The notes beneath the pieces were generated by a model. The model worked only from the letters and a program-made list of their open reading frames with translations, was not told the DNA's origin and ran no database searches. A program made the position numbers and the translations under genes. A stretch of 64,000 nucleotides of DNA from Candidatus Cloacimonadales bacterium (GTDB taxonomy: Bacteria; Cloacimonadota; Cloacimonadia; Cloacimonadales; JAIOQZ01): positions 2,528,001 to 2,592,000 of the forward strand of contig CAXXTU010000002.1 in NCBI GenBank assembly GCA_963662655.2, read 5' to 3'. Below, in pieces: positions 1-10,172 of this stretch (positions within the stretch are counted from its first letter, which is position 1; every line of letters begins with the position of its first letter).

Positions 1-1776
1 GTTGAACCGATAGTCGGTTATATAATTGTTGAAATAGCAATCCGAGTAGAGATATTTCGATTCGCCATTAAAGGAGCATATATAACCATTCAATAATTGA
101 TAACCCGGAAGGTCAAACGTATCCAAAAGATATGGATGATCCGGGTCCTCAATATTCATAGGCGTCACGCCAACTTCCGATGGCGCGATAATCGAATCTG
201 TCAGATATAATTCATGCTCTCCCGGCACAAACATGAGTTCTGTAACGGAATAATCATCCTCAATACGGTAGTAATGGTAACCCAAGTGGTAATAGTAATT
301 TTCTACGAATATAATATGTCTTGGATCCGTGAACATGCAAATGCTGCAATAGTAATCAGGCCAGAATTCATTAAGAAAAACCAATTGCTCTCCCTCGATG
401 CGATAGAAACTATAATAAGTCTCTTGATTTTCTATCTTTGCAAAGCAAGCAATATCTTCAAGAATATCTAGCCTGAGGTAATTATTCGGCATATCAAGAT
501 TGGTTACCGATTCCAACCCGTTATCCCCAAGCTTGACAACCTCGACATACGAATTCTGCTCAAACAACAATACATCCTGATTGTAACGCAAGGTGTTGTC
601 GAATATCCATCCATTTGTTTCAAAGGGAAGAAAACATCTCTCCTGCAAGTCGTATATTGTGTACCTGATGTCAGCCATGTCATCGACTGAAATACTCATT
701 AAAAGAAAACGGTTCAGCAGCACTTGCCACACCCAGTACCTGTTTGAATCTGAAAGTAACTGAATATTGTGGAAATCGTGATCTACTTTATACACCCTGT
801 TCGTTGTAAAAATGAGATAGCCACCCTCAAAGCTCTTAAGATTCGCATCAGAGCCAAGGATATTTGGCTGAATGTCTTCTCTCTGAGTTAACTCGCCATT
901 CTCCCAATGGAACCGAATAACTGAGAGCTCGGCAATCTCGGAAGCTCCGCAATATACAATTTCTTCTCCATCCAGAACGCTGCATCTATTTGCGACATAA
1001 TACAGCGGAAATGTATCTTCACGGGTAAGCGTCCCATCCTCTTCGAACGAAAAGACTTCCAGAAAAAGATACTCGCCATGATGCGCCGTCAGAAATAAAT
1101 GGTCGTCAAAGTATTCGGCCGTTGTTACCGCGTCGATGTTCTGCCAGTCATCCGTTGCCGGCTGCAACTCCATCGTCGATAAATCCTCACACATCTTTAT
1201 CACGTCCTCATACTCGATGAAGTAGTACCTCCCCGCTCTTTCGAACGCCTTGATGGCAAAACCATTCTCGGAAAATTCCCAAGCTCCGATCAATCGCGGT
1301 TCCAGCAGGTTCGTAACGGAGTAGAGTTCCCAGCTCGAGTGATAATTTCCGTCATCCGGAAAAACCTGATGACACTGAAACATCACGCTATCCATAACGT
1401 CCATCCCCATGTACAGGTAGGCGATCGTGGGTTCTGTCTCATCCAGAATTGTATCGATGTGTTCGAGATTGCCGTCGTGATAGGTATATACATCAATCCC
1501 CTTATGCAATCGTGGGAAGTACAGGGTATCGCCATGCGCAATTGGGATATCTGCACAAAAAGCGACCTGTGTCTCACGATCCAGAACCTCAACGCCGTCA
1601 TCTTCGATTCGTAAAACCTGAATCGTTCGACCCAAGTTCGTTATGTAAACATCCTCATCAACCGAGATTGAACGATAGGGGAAAATCCCTTCAAACTCGA
1701 TGATATCGTTGAATTGAATATCGACTGCCTGAAGCAGCGTAAATGATAGCAGAAGAAAAACGTAAATGCGTTTCAT
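1..1776 (-). CDS. Secreted protein, partial (runs off window start); possibly beta-propeller-like
   Basis: Absent from the ORF track. Manual translation from ATG at 1776 (GAGG upstream) gives MKRIYVFLLLSFTLLQAVDIQFND..., open for 592 codons to base 1. It has a signal peptide and an acidic, aromatic-rich beta-strand character. Confidence 0.8.
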   Translation of the reverse strand, partial: MKRIYVFLLLSFTLLQAVDIQFNDIIEFEGIFPYRSISVDEDVYITNLGRTIQVLRIEDDGVEVLDRETQVAFCADIPIAHGDTLYFPRLHKGIDVYTYHDGNLEHIDTILDETEPTIAYLYMGMDVMDSVMFQCHQVFPDDGNYHSSWELYSVTNLLEPRLIGAWEFSENGFAIKAFERAGRYYFIEYEDVIKMCEDLSTMELQPATDDWQNIDAVTTAEYFDDHLFLTAHHGEYLFLEVFSFEEDGTLTREDTFPLYYVANRCSVLDGEEIVYCGASEIAELSVIRFHWENGELTQREDIQPNILGSDANLKSFEGGYLIFTTNRVYKVDHDFHNIQLLSDSNRYWVWQVLLNRFLLMSISVDDMADIRYTIYDLQERCFLPFETNGWIFDNTLRYNQDVLLFEQNSYVEVVKLGDNGLESVTNLDMPNNYLRLDILEDIACFAKIENQETYYSFYRIEGEQLVFLNEFWPDYYCSICMFTDPRHIIFVENYYYHLGYHYYRIEDDYSVTELMFVPGEHELYLTDSIIAPSEVGVTPMNIEDPDHPYLLDTFDLPGYQLLNGYICSFNGESKYLYSDCYFNNYITDYRFN

Positions 1777-1791
1777 CGATACCTCATTATT

Positions 1792-1823
1792 AGTGGATAG
1801 GGCTGATTTCAACCCTATCCACT
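1792..1823. terminator. Intergenic hairpin (possible terminator or processing stem)
   Basis: AGTGGATAGGG-N10-CCCTATCCACT, an 11-bp perfect stem between two co-oriented genes, with no clear U-tract. Confidence 0.45.
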
Positions 1824-1836
1824 TGATTATGTGATT

Positions 1837-2229
1837 TTACAATCCAGGCTCTTCGTTTTGAGGGGGCGGAGATGGAAAACCGAGATCACACGTTCCAATA
1901 ATGTAAGGAGTCGCGCTCTGCGGACTAAACATTCTACTGCAAGAATCGTTCATCAATGGCAAGTCTTTCCGGCGGCAATTACATATTACCTCTATGTAAC
2001 CATTTCCAGGACCTCTCAAATTCCTTGCAACGTATTTTCCTCCGACATTATTCCCAAAATTCTCATCAAAAGCAATACTTCCTTGATCGACGGTAAATCC
2101 ATCGATCTTTATTATTACTTCTCCCTCAGCCGCACCGTCTTGAGCATGGTATATATTCACATAGTAATCCGCGCCCAACAGCAAACCGGCAGAAACGAGC
2201 AGGATGATTATAATCAGTATGTTTTTCAT
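1837..2229 (-). CDS. Small secreted hypothetical protein (130 aa)
   Basis: AAGGAG RBS, signal peptide MKNILIIIILLVSAGLLLGA, Pro-rich C-terminus. Confidence 0.75.
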   Translation of the reverse strand: MKNILIIIILLVSAGLLLGADYYVNIYHAQDGAAEGEVIIKIDGFTVDQGSIAFDENFGNNVGGKYVARNLRGPGNGYIEVICNCRRKDLPLMNDSCSRMFSPQSATPYIIGTCDLGFPSPPPQNEEPGL

Positions 2230-2562
2230 TGTAACTCCTTTTCTGTTTTGGCTGTAATGCTATTCTTGGCGTCTTGTTCGGAAAACCGGCATAAGCGATC
2301 GAGAAACGGAGTTAAATGAATTTATTTTGCCCCAAGTAGAATATATCACTTAGATGTGCGACATGACATATCGCGCATATTATTATATTACAACATCTTA
2401 TGGTTTCCGGGGGGGGGCATGACTCCTCCTATTTGATTCAATATTTAATCATGAATAATTGTCTGTCAAGTTTTAATAATTATCAAGGATGATTTTATCG
2501 ATAACTCTATGTTGCAACCCTGTGCATAGCGTTTTCTTAAACATGTTTCAGTGAAGGATGGC

Positions 2563-2599
2563 AAAAAGAAAACCGCTCTCTCGCAATGAAAGAGCGGTT
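2563..2599 (-). terminator. Rho-independent terminator of the S8 protease gene
   Basis: AACCGCTCT/AGAGCGGTT stem with an adjacent A-tract (U-tract on the - strand) just past the stop at 2621. Confidence 0.7.
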
Positions 2600-2620
2600 C
2601 TATCGTTTATTGGTATGTTA

Positions 2621-5600
2621 TCAGTTCTTCGCTTTCACCATGAAGTACTTCATTTCCTCGGATGCGGCCGTTGACCACACGGTAATGTTCGTCTGTCCCA
2701 CTTGCGTGTAAGGGCCTTCCGGCGAGGCCGCGGCATAGATCACGTATTGCGTCGCGTAGGTGGTGGTCGACCATGTTAGGTACACCGTCCCGGCGTCGAT
2801 TTGAATACTCAGGTCGTCGATCGGCAGCGGCTGGTATTTCACACGCAGGTTGATCTGCACTTCCACGATCGCTTCGTCCGGATCGTTGGTCTGAATCTCG
2901 AGCATCGTCTGGTAATCGCCTGAGGTCATTCCCGCCGTGTTCGCGGTCACGGAAATGATCTGGTAACTATCCACGGCCACGGTTCCCGACGTTGGATCGA
3001 ATCCGATCCAGTCGGTTCGCTGCATCTCCCGGCTGCTCGAAAGCGCGCCGGTCAATTCCGTCCGCGTTGCCAGGCTGGCAACGATCCCTTCGGAAATGGA
3101 GTAGTTCAGGCCTGCTTCACCCACATTCGAGATCGCGAATGTTTTCGTCTGCGTGTCGTCGGGATCAACATTGAAGCTGAGAAGTACTGGCGTCACCTCG
3201 ATATCCGGGAACGGCAGATAGACGCCCGTTCCGGTAACAGCCAACTGGTTGCTTGGATAGTTCGTGTCGTTGGAAGTGATGACGATGCTTCCGTTGTACG
3301 TTTCTTCCGCCACAGGCGTCAGCGTCAGGTCGAATGTTTGCGATGAGTATCCCGGAATCAGGTAACTGAGGGCGTTCCTTCCGTTCGATACCGATGCGAC
3401 TTCCTTGCGAGCTGAACCGGTTCTGGTCGTTGAAATCTCGCTCACTGTGTAACCGTCGATGGTCGTGATCGTACCCGACATCTCCGCGAAGCCGTTGTTC
3501 TCGATGGTGAACTGCAATGTCTCACTCGTCTGAAGCGGAACATCGCCAAAAGTCAGCGACGACGGTGTCAGATTGAACGCGGGGTACGTTTCGATGGTGA
3601 GGTTAACCGGGATTACAATCGTTGGCTCATCGGGATCGTTCGAGCTGATCACGATCTCCGCGCTGTGCGTTTCCCCATCAACCATGTCGGCCGTGTCAAT
3701 CGAGAAACCGATTTCCGCTGGACCGCTGTTGCCGGAGAGACTTCCGCTTGTTCCGGACGTCAGGCTGATCCAGTTAACCGCATCGCGTAACTCGACGGCA
3801 AAGAAGGTATCCGGTTCCGTCTGCGCGATACCACAAAGCGCCATCTTGCCTTCGGTCAATTCCGATGTCAGACAAGCGCCTCCTGCTTGCTGTTCGATGA
3901 TAGAGTCGACAAGAACAGGAACGACGATCGATTCGCCCGTGAGCGCTTCCGTGGCAATATCGTATTGATAGAACGTTGTTAACTGATACTCGTCGGGCCC
4001 GGAGATATCGAAAAACCACAGCGTGTGATCGCTTGGATCGTATGCCGAACCGTAGATATTCGAAATCGATGTGGGGATCGCCAGTTCATCCAGGATATTC
4101 CCGCTGGCATCGAACACGATGATTTCACCGTAGGTGTTATTCCAGTTACAGGTGATAAATCCCATGGAAGGGACATAGGAGAGCGCCCGGATACATCCGA
4201 GACCGAAGTTGCTGCTGAAAAGCATGGTCTGAGCGCCCGTTGCGGGATCGATGCGATAGAAACCGTTATCGTCGCCCGCATAGAGGTAGGTGCCGTCGTG
4301 CGCCATGTCCCGCAGACCCCACTGGCTGGTTGTGATCTGATCGTACGTATTCAGCAGGTTTCCGTTCGAATCGAAGCGGTACAGGTAATTACTGTCGTCC
4401 GAGGAACTCGTTAGCCCACCGGCCGTTGTCCAAATCTGTCCCTGGAACACTTCGCAACCGAGGTGTAGCACAGAGCCGGTCGGCGCGTTTACGTCATACT
4501 GAAGCAGCAGATCGCCGGTCGCGCGGATTCCGTTGAATGTAGTGTTGCTCGTCGAAAGGATCGGTACATCGGATTGCCCGTTGGACGTTCCTCCACTACG
4601 CATTCCATGGTATCCCGCATCGACCAGATTGCGGCTCATTTGCGTAACGCTCGCGCTCCAGTTCAGTGTGCCGGCATCCAGATTCATCAGTTGGATGGTT
4701 CCCTGGTCCGTTTGATCCGGTTCAAGCGTATAGTTGAACGACAACGGCGTTGCGTCGATGTCTGGAACAACCTCATCGATCACAAGCGTTACGGGGATCG
4801 TCTCGCTCGCGTGATCGGGATCGTTCGATGTGAGAACAATGTATGCGCTATAGGAGCCGGTCGTTAGGTTATCGCTATCGAAACCGACGCTGATCACATC
4901 GTCGGAACCTCCGCTCGCGATCGTACTATTTACACTTTCGCCGCCATCGAGCGTCAGCCATGTAGAGCTTACCGGGCCGCCTTCTCCATAGATTTCCACG
5001 TTATCCACGGCCCAGTACCACTCGTAGTTCGCATTGTAGTAATGGAATCTGACCTTTAGCTCGCTGTTGATATAGCTCGTAAGATCGATTGTCTTGTGAT
5101 CGGGGGTACTCCAGGAACCGACAGCCGCTCCGGACATGCTCAGCAGGTTATCCCAGGACGAGCCGTTCCACACATCGACATCGGCGATTTCTGTCTGGTA
5201 GTAATAGAAATATTGATCGAACTCCAGGGTCAGGCTCGTGTAGTCCGTCACATCCAGAGTCGGCGTGATCAGAGATTCATCCATATCCACCTGGCCTGCA
5301 CCATCGCTGTCGAGGAACGCGAACGGCGTTCCGTCAAGGGTATTCGTGTCATAGGCAGAAACGACTTCCCATGTGTCTGTTGTTCCGCCACCGTCTTCGA
5401 TTGTCCAGTCGCCCGGCATTCCGCTGTCGAAACTCTCGTCGATCAGATCGGTACGGCTGCGGGACGGGTAATCAACGGTCGCTTCGTACGTAAGAGCAAG
5501 GGCTCCGTTGTTGCCGATGGTCAGATTCTGGCTTGTTTGGGTATCAGGCTCCTGGGCTGCGTTAAAGGAAGCGGGATTCCAGGTTATGGCTGCCGTTGGA

Positions 5601-8600
5601 GGCGTAACACCCTCGCCCGTAACCGCGATGATCTCATCGGCGCCGGCGTTATTCGCGATCACAACATTGCCGTTGTATGATTGGTCGTAGAGCGGCTCGA
5701 AAGTGAGATTGTAGGTTGCGGTATTTCCAGCATCGATCGAGAATGTCAGAGAATTTCTGGTCTTAACGCCTTCACGTACCGATGCACGACTGCGCGTTGC
5801 CAGGGTAACCGTGTATCCACTCGGCGTAACGATTGAACCGGTCAGGATTGCCAGGCCGGTGTTCTGAATCGTAAACTGCTTCGTATCGGTTTGGCCGATC
5901 TCGAGGGTCCCAAACGCCAGAGAAGCCGGATTCACAATGATCTCCGGTTCCGGTTCGGACGTTACATGCAATGTCACCGGCACGACGATCGTTCCTTCGT
6001 CGGTATCGTTGCTTGTAATTGTGATGTTCTTGCTGTAGTCGCCGATCGCAAGGTTTTGCGCGTCGAAACCAACGGTAATCGGAACAGCCGGATCAAGCGC
6101 TTCGATTGTGCCGCTTGCACTCTCTCCTCCATCCAGCGTAAGCCATACGGGGTTCTCGTCCAGATTGAGCTGTACGTTATCGATCGCCCAGTAATAGCCT
6201 TGATTGTTGTTATCGTAGTAGTAGAACATGATCTGCAAAACATTGCCTGCGTATTCGCTAAGGTCGTACACTGGATGAGCAAAGCTGTTGAAGTCCGTTC
6301 CCTGATCGGATGAGAAATTAGCAACGCCATGCCATTCGCTTCCATCGTGAACATAAATCTGAGCGAGTTCATTGGTTCTGACCTTGAACAGATGATCGAG
6401 TTCGAGCGTTATAGAGCTGTATCCAGCCGTGTTAATCATAGAAGATTGAATCATGTCGTAGAATTGGACTCCTTCAGGATAAGCTCCACTGTTAACAAGC
6501 ATGAACGGGGTTCCGTCGAAAGACGCTCCTTCGTAATCGGTAACATTTTCCCATGTTAACCCTGTTACTCCATAATCGAGAATATTCCATCCTGTCGGTA
6601 AACCGGAATCGAAATCAAACAAGTCGATATCGCGGCTTGCGACTTCAGTCACCACAGCACTCCAGGTGAGGTCCATTCCACCAATGTTGTCTATGGTAAG
6701 CGTCTCATTGGCTGTGTTACCCGCAACGATACTCTTCTCGAATGAAAGCGGCGACACCACGATTTCCTGCTCTTGCGGCGCATCCGAAACAACCAGCGAT
6801 ACCGGGATGTCAACAGAGCCGTTGTTGGGATCGTTACTTGCGACATTGATCGTGGCATTGTAAGTCCCGTAGCTCAAACCGGTCGAATTGAATCCGATCT
6901 GAACAGCCTCGTCCGCCCCACTGGCAGCGATGCTTCCTGAAGCGCTTGTTCCGCCATTGAGCGTAAGCCACAACGGACCGGAAAAATCTCCGGTGATACT
7001 TACATTGTCGATTGCCCAGAACAAATCGTAAACGGCATAGTAGTGAAACCGTATTTGAAGCGCGCTATTAGCGTATTCCGTCAAATCGATCGTTTGATGA
7101 TCGGGCAGCGCCCACGAACCCCAGTCAATCAAGCCCGAAGTCCACACATTCTGCCAGGTGGCGCCGTCCCACACTTCCACATCGCCCTGTTCCGTGCCAT
7201 AGCCGTCAATATAGTTGAAGAACTGGTCGAACTCGAGCATGATATTTGTGTAACCGGAACAATCGATGGAGGGAGAAGTCAGGATTTCATCAGTCGTCTG
7301 TCCCGATCCTGCTGCATCGCTGTTTGAGAATGCGAACATGGTTCCATCAAGGCTGGAACTCGAAGAGCCATAAGCATCTTCTCCATACCATGTATCCGTT
7401 GTAGTTCCACCGTCCGTAATCGTCCATGTCCCCGGGATACCTGAATTGAAGTCTTCGCTGAACAGGTCGTCGCGGCTGCGGTCGCTCGAAGCATAGGTCA
7501 CCTGATAGGTAAGCGTCTCGTCGCCGTCGTTTCCAAGGGTCAGCGTCTGGCTTGCCGTCTCGTCGACGTCAAGCGTCTCGGTGAACGAGCCCGGCGTGTA
7601 GGTTATAGTTGCCGGGTTGATACCCGTACCAAATAAACTGATACTTACTTCAGAATTCTCGGGATCGTTGCTTGAAATTGTAACCTCATCGTTGTACGTT
7701 GCGACAGCCGTCGGTTCGAAGAAGAGATGAAGCGTCATGGATGCGCCGGTGGGAATCGCGAATCCGAGAACGTTTCGAGACTGTTCCCGGCTCGCTTCAA
7801 CGTCCCGTAACGATGAAGACACCCGATATCCTTCAGGTGCGAACACCGTACCGGAAAGCGTTTCGCCACCGGTATTGGAAATCTGGAAGCTGGCTGATGA
7901 TGAGCCTCCGACAACGACCTGACCGAAGTCGATCTGTGTCGGCGTGAAGTGGATAGAGGGATCGCCCGTCAGAGGTTCAGGGAAATAAACGAAGTCAACT
8001 CGGGCGCAATCGGAACCATCGCTCTCAGAACCGTCTTTGTCGTACGTCCAGCGGAAGGTATGCGTACCGGGTTCACTTACGTAGTAAGCATGATAGGTCC
8101 ACGGTTCTTCACCGCACCATTGTTCTTCCTGATCGTCATCGACATAGAAGTGAAGATAGTCGTAGCTCGCTTCCGACGATACCATCGAGTAGAACGATAT
8201 GGTACTGCCGCCTGCGCAGTTAAGTGTAATAGCCATCGATGTCTCTTCATTGTGGCTGATCACGCCCGACTTAGCGCAGAATCCGCCCTCGTAGGCATTG
8301 CTCGAATCAATTGTCCACTCGGCATCGCCTTCGAAGAACCAGTCGTTCGCTGTAAAATCTCCGGTCTCGAAGTTTTCGTCAGCCTCAGCGCCTGTCGTGA
8401 AGCTCCAAATTGTGCCTGTTGCGTCGCCGTTGGCGTTGTGAGAATCGACCCTCCAGTAGTAGGTTGACAGGTAATTCAGCCCGGAAACCGATATATAGGG
8501 GGTGGAGGTCGTCTGACCGTTCACCAGGTTCCAGGGAGCTCCGTTGTTCGTTCCTATGAAAACCGTGTAGGAAGATGCGCCGCCGCCGTTGTTCCATTTG

Positions 8601-10150
8601 AGCATCGCAGGAATTCCTATCGTTGTCGAGCCGCTCGTCGGCGTTGGGTTGGTCGCTGCGTTAGGCGGATCGGTTCCGGCAGGCACGGCGTTGACCGCTG
8701 CAAGTGCGTTGACTCTTCCCGATCCGAAGCTGTTGCTCTTGGACGACGAAAGCTGTACCGCGTTTTGCTCGATAATCTGATCGATCTCTGCGGGAGTGAG
8801 GTTTGGATTCTTGCTCAGCATCAGTGCAACAACACCCGAATTACACGGAGTGGCCATTGAAGTACCGTTCCAGCCGTCCAGGTAGCCGGTATTGTTGGAA
8901 TAATCCAAAGATTTGATATTGTATCCCGGGGCCGAGATGTCCGGCCGGATGATACCCATCCCGGGATTGTATGCGTAATCGCCGTAACCGCTTACATCTT
9001 CCCAGGTACAAGGCCCGAGGCTGGAAAAATAGGCGAGATTATCGCTGCTGTCGGTAGCGCCAACGCAGATGACGGACGAAAGCCCACCGGTCAGCGTTTG
9101 ATCGGGATGCAGCCACGGAGGAGGGCAATCGCCGGGGGTTCTTACATTGTCGGGGATGGGGTAAGAGCCTTGCTCGTCGCCTTCGTTACCGGCAGCCACA
9201 CAAGCAACCATGCCGGCTGCGAGAACATTGTTGAAGCTGTCGCGCCAGCTCGGACGGTCCACACCCCATGAGTGCTGCCATCCAAGGGACATACTGATCA
9301 TGTTCGCGCCTTGATTCACTGCGAACTGGATCGCGTTCCATACCGCCGATTCCGTTCCGCTTCCTCCGCTGTCGAGCACCTTGAGCGCCATGATCGTCGC
9401 TTCCGGTGCGATACCCGTTTGCGATCCAGCGGTTCCGTCTCCGGCCACGGTTCCCGCACAATGTGTTCCGTGGTCGGCATCGTCCATCGGATCGTTGTCG
9501 CCATTGATGAAGTCGTATCCGTGATTGGGGTACGAGGCGTTCGTCCACATGTGATCCTGGAGATCGTGGTGGTTGTAGTTGACGCCGGTATCGATGACCG
9601 CGACCGTCACACCTTCACCATGATAGCCCAACGCCCAGACGTCCGTCGCACCAACATGCGAGACGTTCCAGGTGATTTCACGCGAACCGGGTTGACCTTC
9701 GACCCGCACGCTGCTCTCTTTCTCGCGTGCGTCGAGCATGTTGCGCTTCTCGTCCAGATCGATGGATTCGATCTCTTTTCGCAAGGCGATCTGGCTGATC
9801 ACGTCCGCCGTTGTGTGGCAGCTAACCACGTTGGTTATCCAAAGCGGACGAAGGTTCTGCACATCGCCGCGGGAAGCCGCCAACTGATCGAGCAGACCTT
9901 CCTGACGATCTTCGGCAAAAGCCTTCAGCTCGGAAACGACGTATTCGCGTTTCTGCACGCGATCCATTCCGCGAGTCGCCAGAAGCAGATCGTTCGAGTT
10001 GTATTGTTCGCTCAATCGAATATTGATTGGGATAAGTTCTTTATCGGAGGCGGATTTCATAGCCTCCATAAGCGGGTCTGTTATTGTCGCTGCCGAGAGG
10101 GACAGGACAAACAAAGCGAAAACAAGTGAACACAAGCGCTTTACGTACAT
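2621..10150 (-). CDS. Large secreted S8 (subtilisin-like) serine peptidase with FN3, Ig-like/choice-of-anchor, beta-sandwich and beta-propeller modules (~2509 aa)
   Basis: Catalytic triad motifs VAVIDTG, HGTHCAG and GTSMATP. The likely start is MYVKRLCS at 10150 (AAGGAG RBS, signal peptide), not 10270. Repeated I.SNDP and W.IDNV modules. Confidence 0.9.
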   Translation of the reverse strand: MYVKRLCSLVFALFVLSLSAATITDPLMEAMKSASDKELIPINIRLSEQYNSNDLLLATRGMDRVQKREYVVSELKAFAEDRQEGLLDQLAASRGDVQNLRPLWITNVVSCHTTADVISQIALRKEIESIDLDEKRNMLDAREKESSVRVEGQPGSREITWNVSHVGATDVWALGYHGEGVTVAVIDTGVNYNHHDLQDHMWTNASYPNHGYDFINGDNDPMDDADHGTHCAGTVAGDGTAGSQTGIAPEATIMALKVLDSGGSGTESAVWNAIQFAVNQGANMISMSLGWQHSWGVDRPSWRDSFNNVLAAGMVACVAAGNEGDEQGSYPIPDNVRTPGDCPPPWLHPDQTLTGGLSSVICVGATDSSDNLAYFSSLGPCTWEDVSGYGDYAYNPGMGIIRPDISAPGYNIKSLDYSNNTGYLDGWNGTSMATPCNSGVVALMLSKNPNLTPAEIDQIIEQNAVQLSSSKSNSFGSGRVNALAAVNAVPAGTDPPNAATNPTPTSGSTTIGIPAMLKWNNGGGASSYTVFIGTNNGAPWNLVNGQTTSTPYISVSGLNYLSTYYWRVDSHNANGDATGTIWSFTTGAEADENFETGDFTANDWFFEGDAEWTIDSSNAYEGGFCAKSGVISHNEETSMAITLNCAGGSTISFYSMVSSEASYDYLHFYVDDDQEEQWCGEEPWTYHAYYVSEPGTHTFRWTYDKDGSESDGSDCARVDFVYFPEPLTGDPSIHFTPTQIDFGQVVVGGSSSASFQISNTGGETLSGTVFAPEGYRVSSSLRDVEASREQSRNVLGFAIPTGASMTLHLFFEPTAVATYNDEVTISSNDPENSEVSISLFGTGINPATITYTPGSFTETLDVDETASQTLTLGNDGDETLTYQVTYASSDRSRDDLFSEDFNSGIPGTWTITDGGTTTDTWYGEDAYGSSSSSLDGTMFAFSNSDAAGSGQTTDEILTSPSIDCSGYTNIMLEFDQFFNYIDGYGTEQGDVEVWDGATWQNVWTSGLIDWGSWALPDHQTIDLTEYANSALQIRFHYYAVYDLFWAIDNVSITGDFSGPLWLTLNGGTSASGSIAASGADEAVQIGFNSTGLSYGTYNATINVASNDPNNGSVDIPVSLVVSDAPQEQEIVVSPLSFEKSIVAGNTANETLTIDNIGGMDLTWSAVVTEVASRDIDLFDFDSGLPTGWNILDYGVTGLTWENVTDYEGASFDGTPFMLVNSGAYPEGVQFYDMIQSSMINTAGYSSITLELDHLFKVRTNELAQIYVHDGSEWHGVANFSSDQGTDFNSFAHPVYDLSEYAGNVLQIMFYYYDNNNQGYYWAIDNVQLNLDENPVWLTLDGGESASGTIEALDPAVPITVGFDAQNLAIGDYSKNITITSNDTDEGTIVVPVTLHVTSEPEPEIIVNPASLAFGTLEIGQTDTKQFTIQNTGLAILTGSIVTPSGYTVTLATRSRASVREGVKTRNSLTFSIDAGNTATYNLTFEPLYDQSYNGNVVIANNAGADEIIAVTGEGVTPPTAAITWNPASFNAAQEPDTQTSQNLTIGNNGALALTYEATVDYPSRSRTDLIDESFDSGMPGDWTIEDGGGTTDTWEVVSAYDTNTLDGTPFAFLDSDGAGQVDMDESLITPTLDVTDYTSLTLEFDQYFYYYQTEIADVDVWNGSSWDNLLSMSGAAVGSWSTPDHKTIDLTSYINSELKVRFHYYNANYEWYWAVDNVEIYGEGGPVSSTWLTLDGGESVNSTIASGGSDDVISVGFDSDNLTTGSYSAYIVLTSNDPDHASETIPVTLVIDEVVPDIDATPLSFNYTLEPDQTDQGTIQLMNLDAGTLNWSASVTQMSRNLVDAGYHGMRSGGTSNGQSDVPILSTSNTTFNGIRATGDLLLQYDVNAPTGSVLHLGCEVFQGQIWTTAGGLTSSSDDSNYLYRFDSNGNLLNTYDQITTSQWGLRDMAHDGTYLYAGDDNGFYRIDPATGAQTMLFSSNFGLGCIRALSYVPSMGFITCNWNNTYGEIIVFDASGNILDELAIPTSISNIYGSAYDPSDHTLWFFDISGPDEYQLTTFYQYDIATEALTGESIVVPVLVDSIIEQQAGGACLTSELTEGKMALCGIAQTEPDTFFAVELRDAVNWISLTSGTSGSLSGNSGPAEIGFSIDTADMVDGETHSAEIVISSNDPDEPTIVIPVNLTIETYPAFNLTPSSLTFGDVPLQTSETLQFTIENNGFAEMSGTITTIDGYTVSEISTTRTGSARKEVASVSNGRNALSYLIPGYSSQTFDLTLTPVAEETYNGSIVITSNDTNYPSNQLAVTGTGVYLPFPDIEVTPVLLSFNVDPDDTQTKTFAISNVGEAGLNYSISEGIVASLATRTELTGALSSSREMQRTDWIGFDPTSGTVAVDSYQIISVTANTAGMTSGDYQTMLEIQTNDPDEAIVEVQINLRVKYQPLPIDDLSIQIDAGTVYLTWSTTTYATQYVIYAAASPEGPYTQVGQTNITVWSTAASEEMKYFMVKAKN

Positions 10151-10172
10151 TTGAATCTCCTTGGTGTCATAT

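Noticed and set aside
214..1703. Small track ORFs in the first 1.7 kb
   Set aside because: They are all explained as shadows of the long - strand CDS at 1-1776 that the track missed because it has no stop inside the window.
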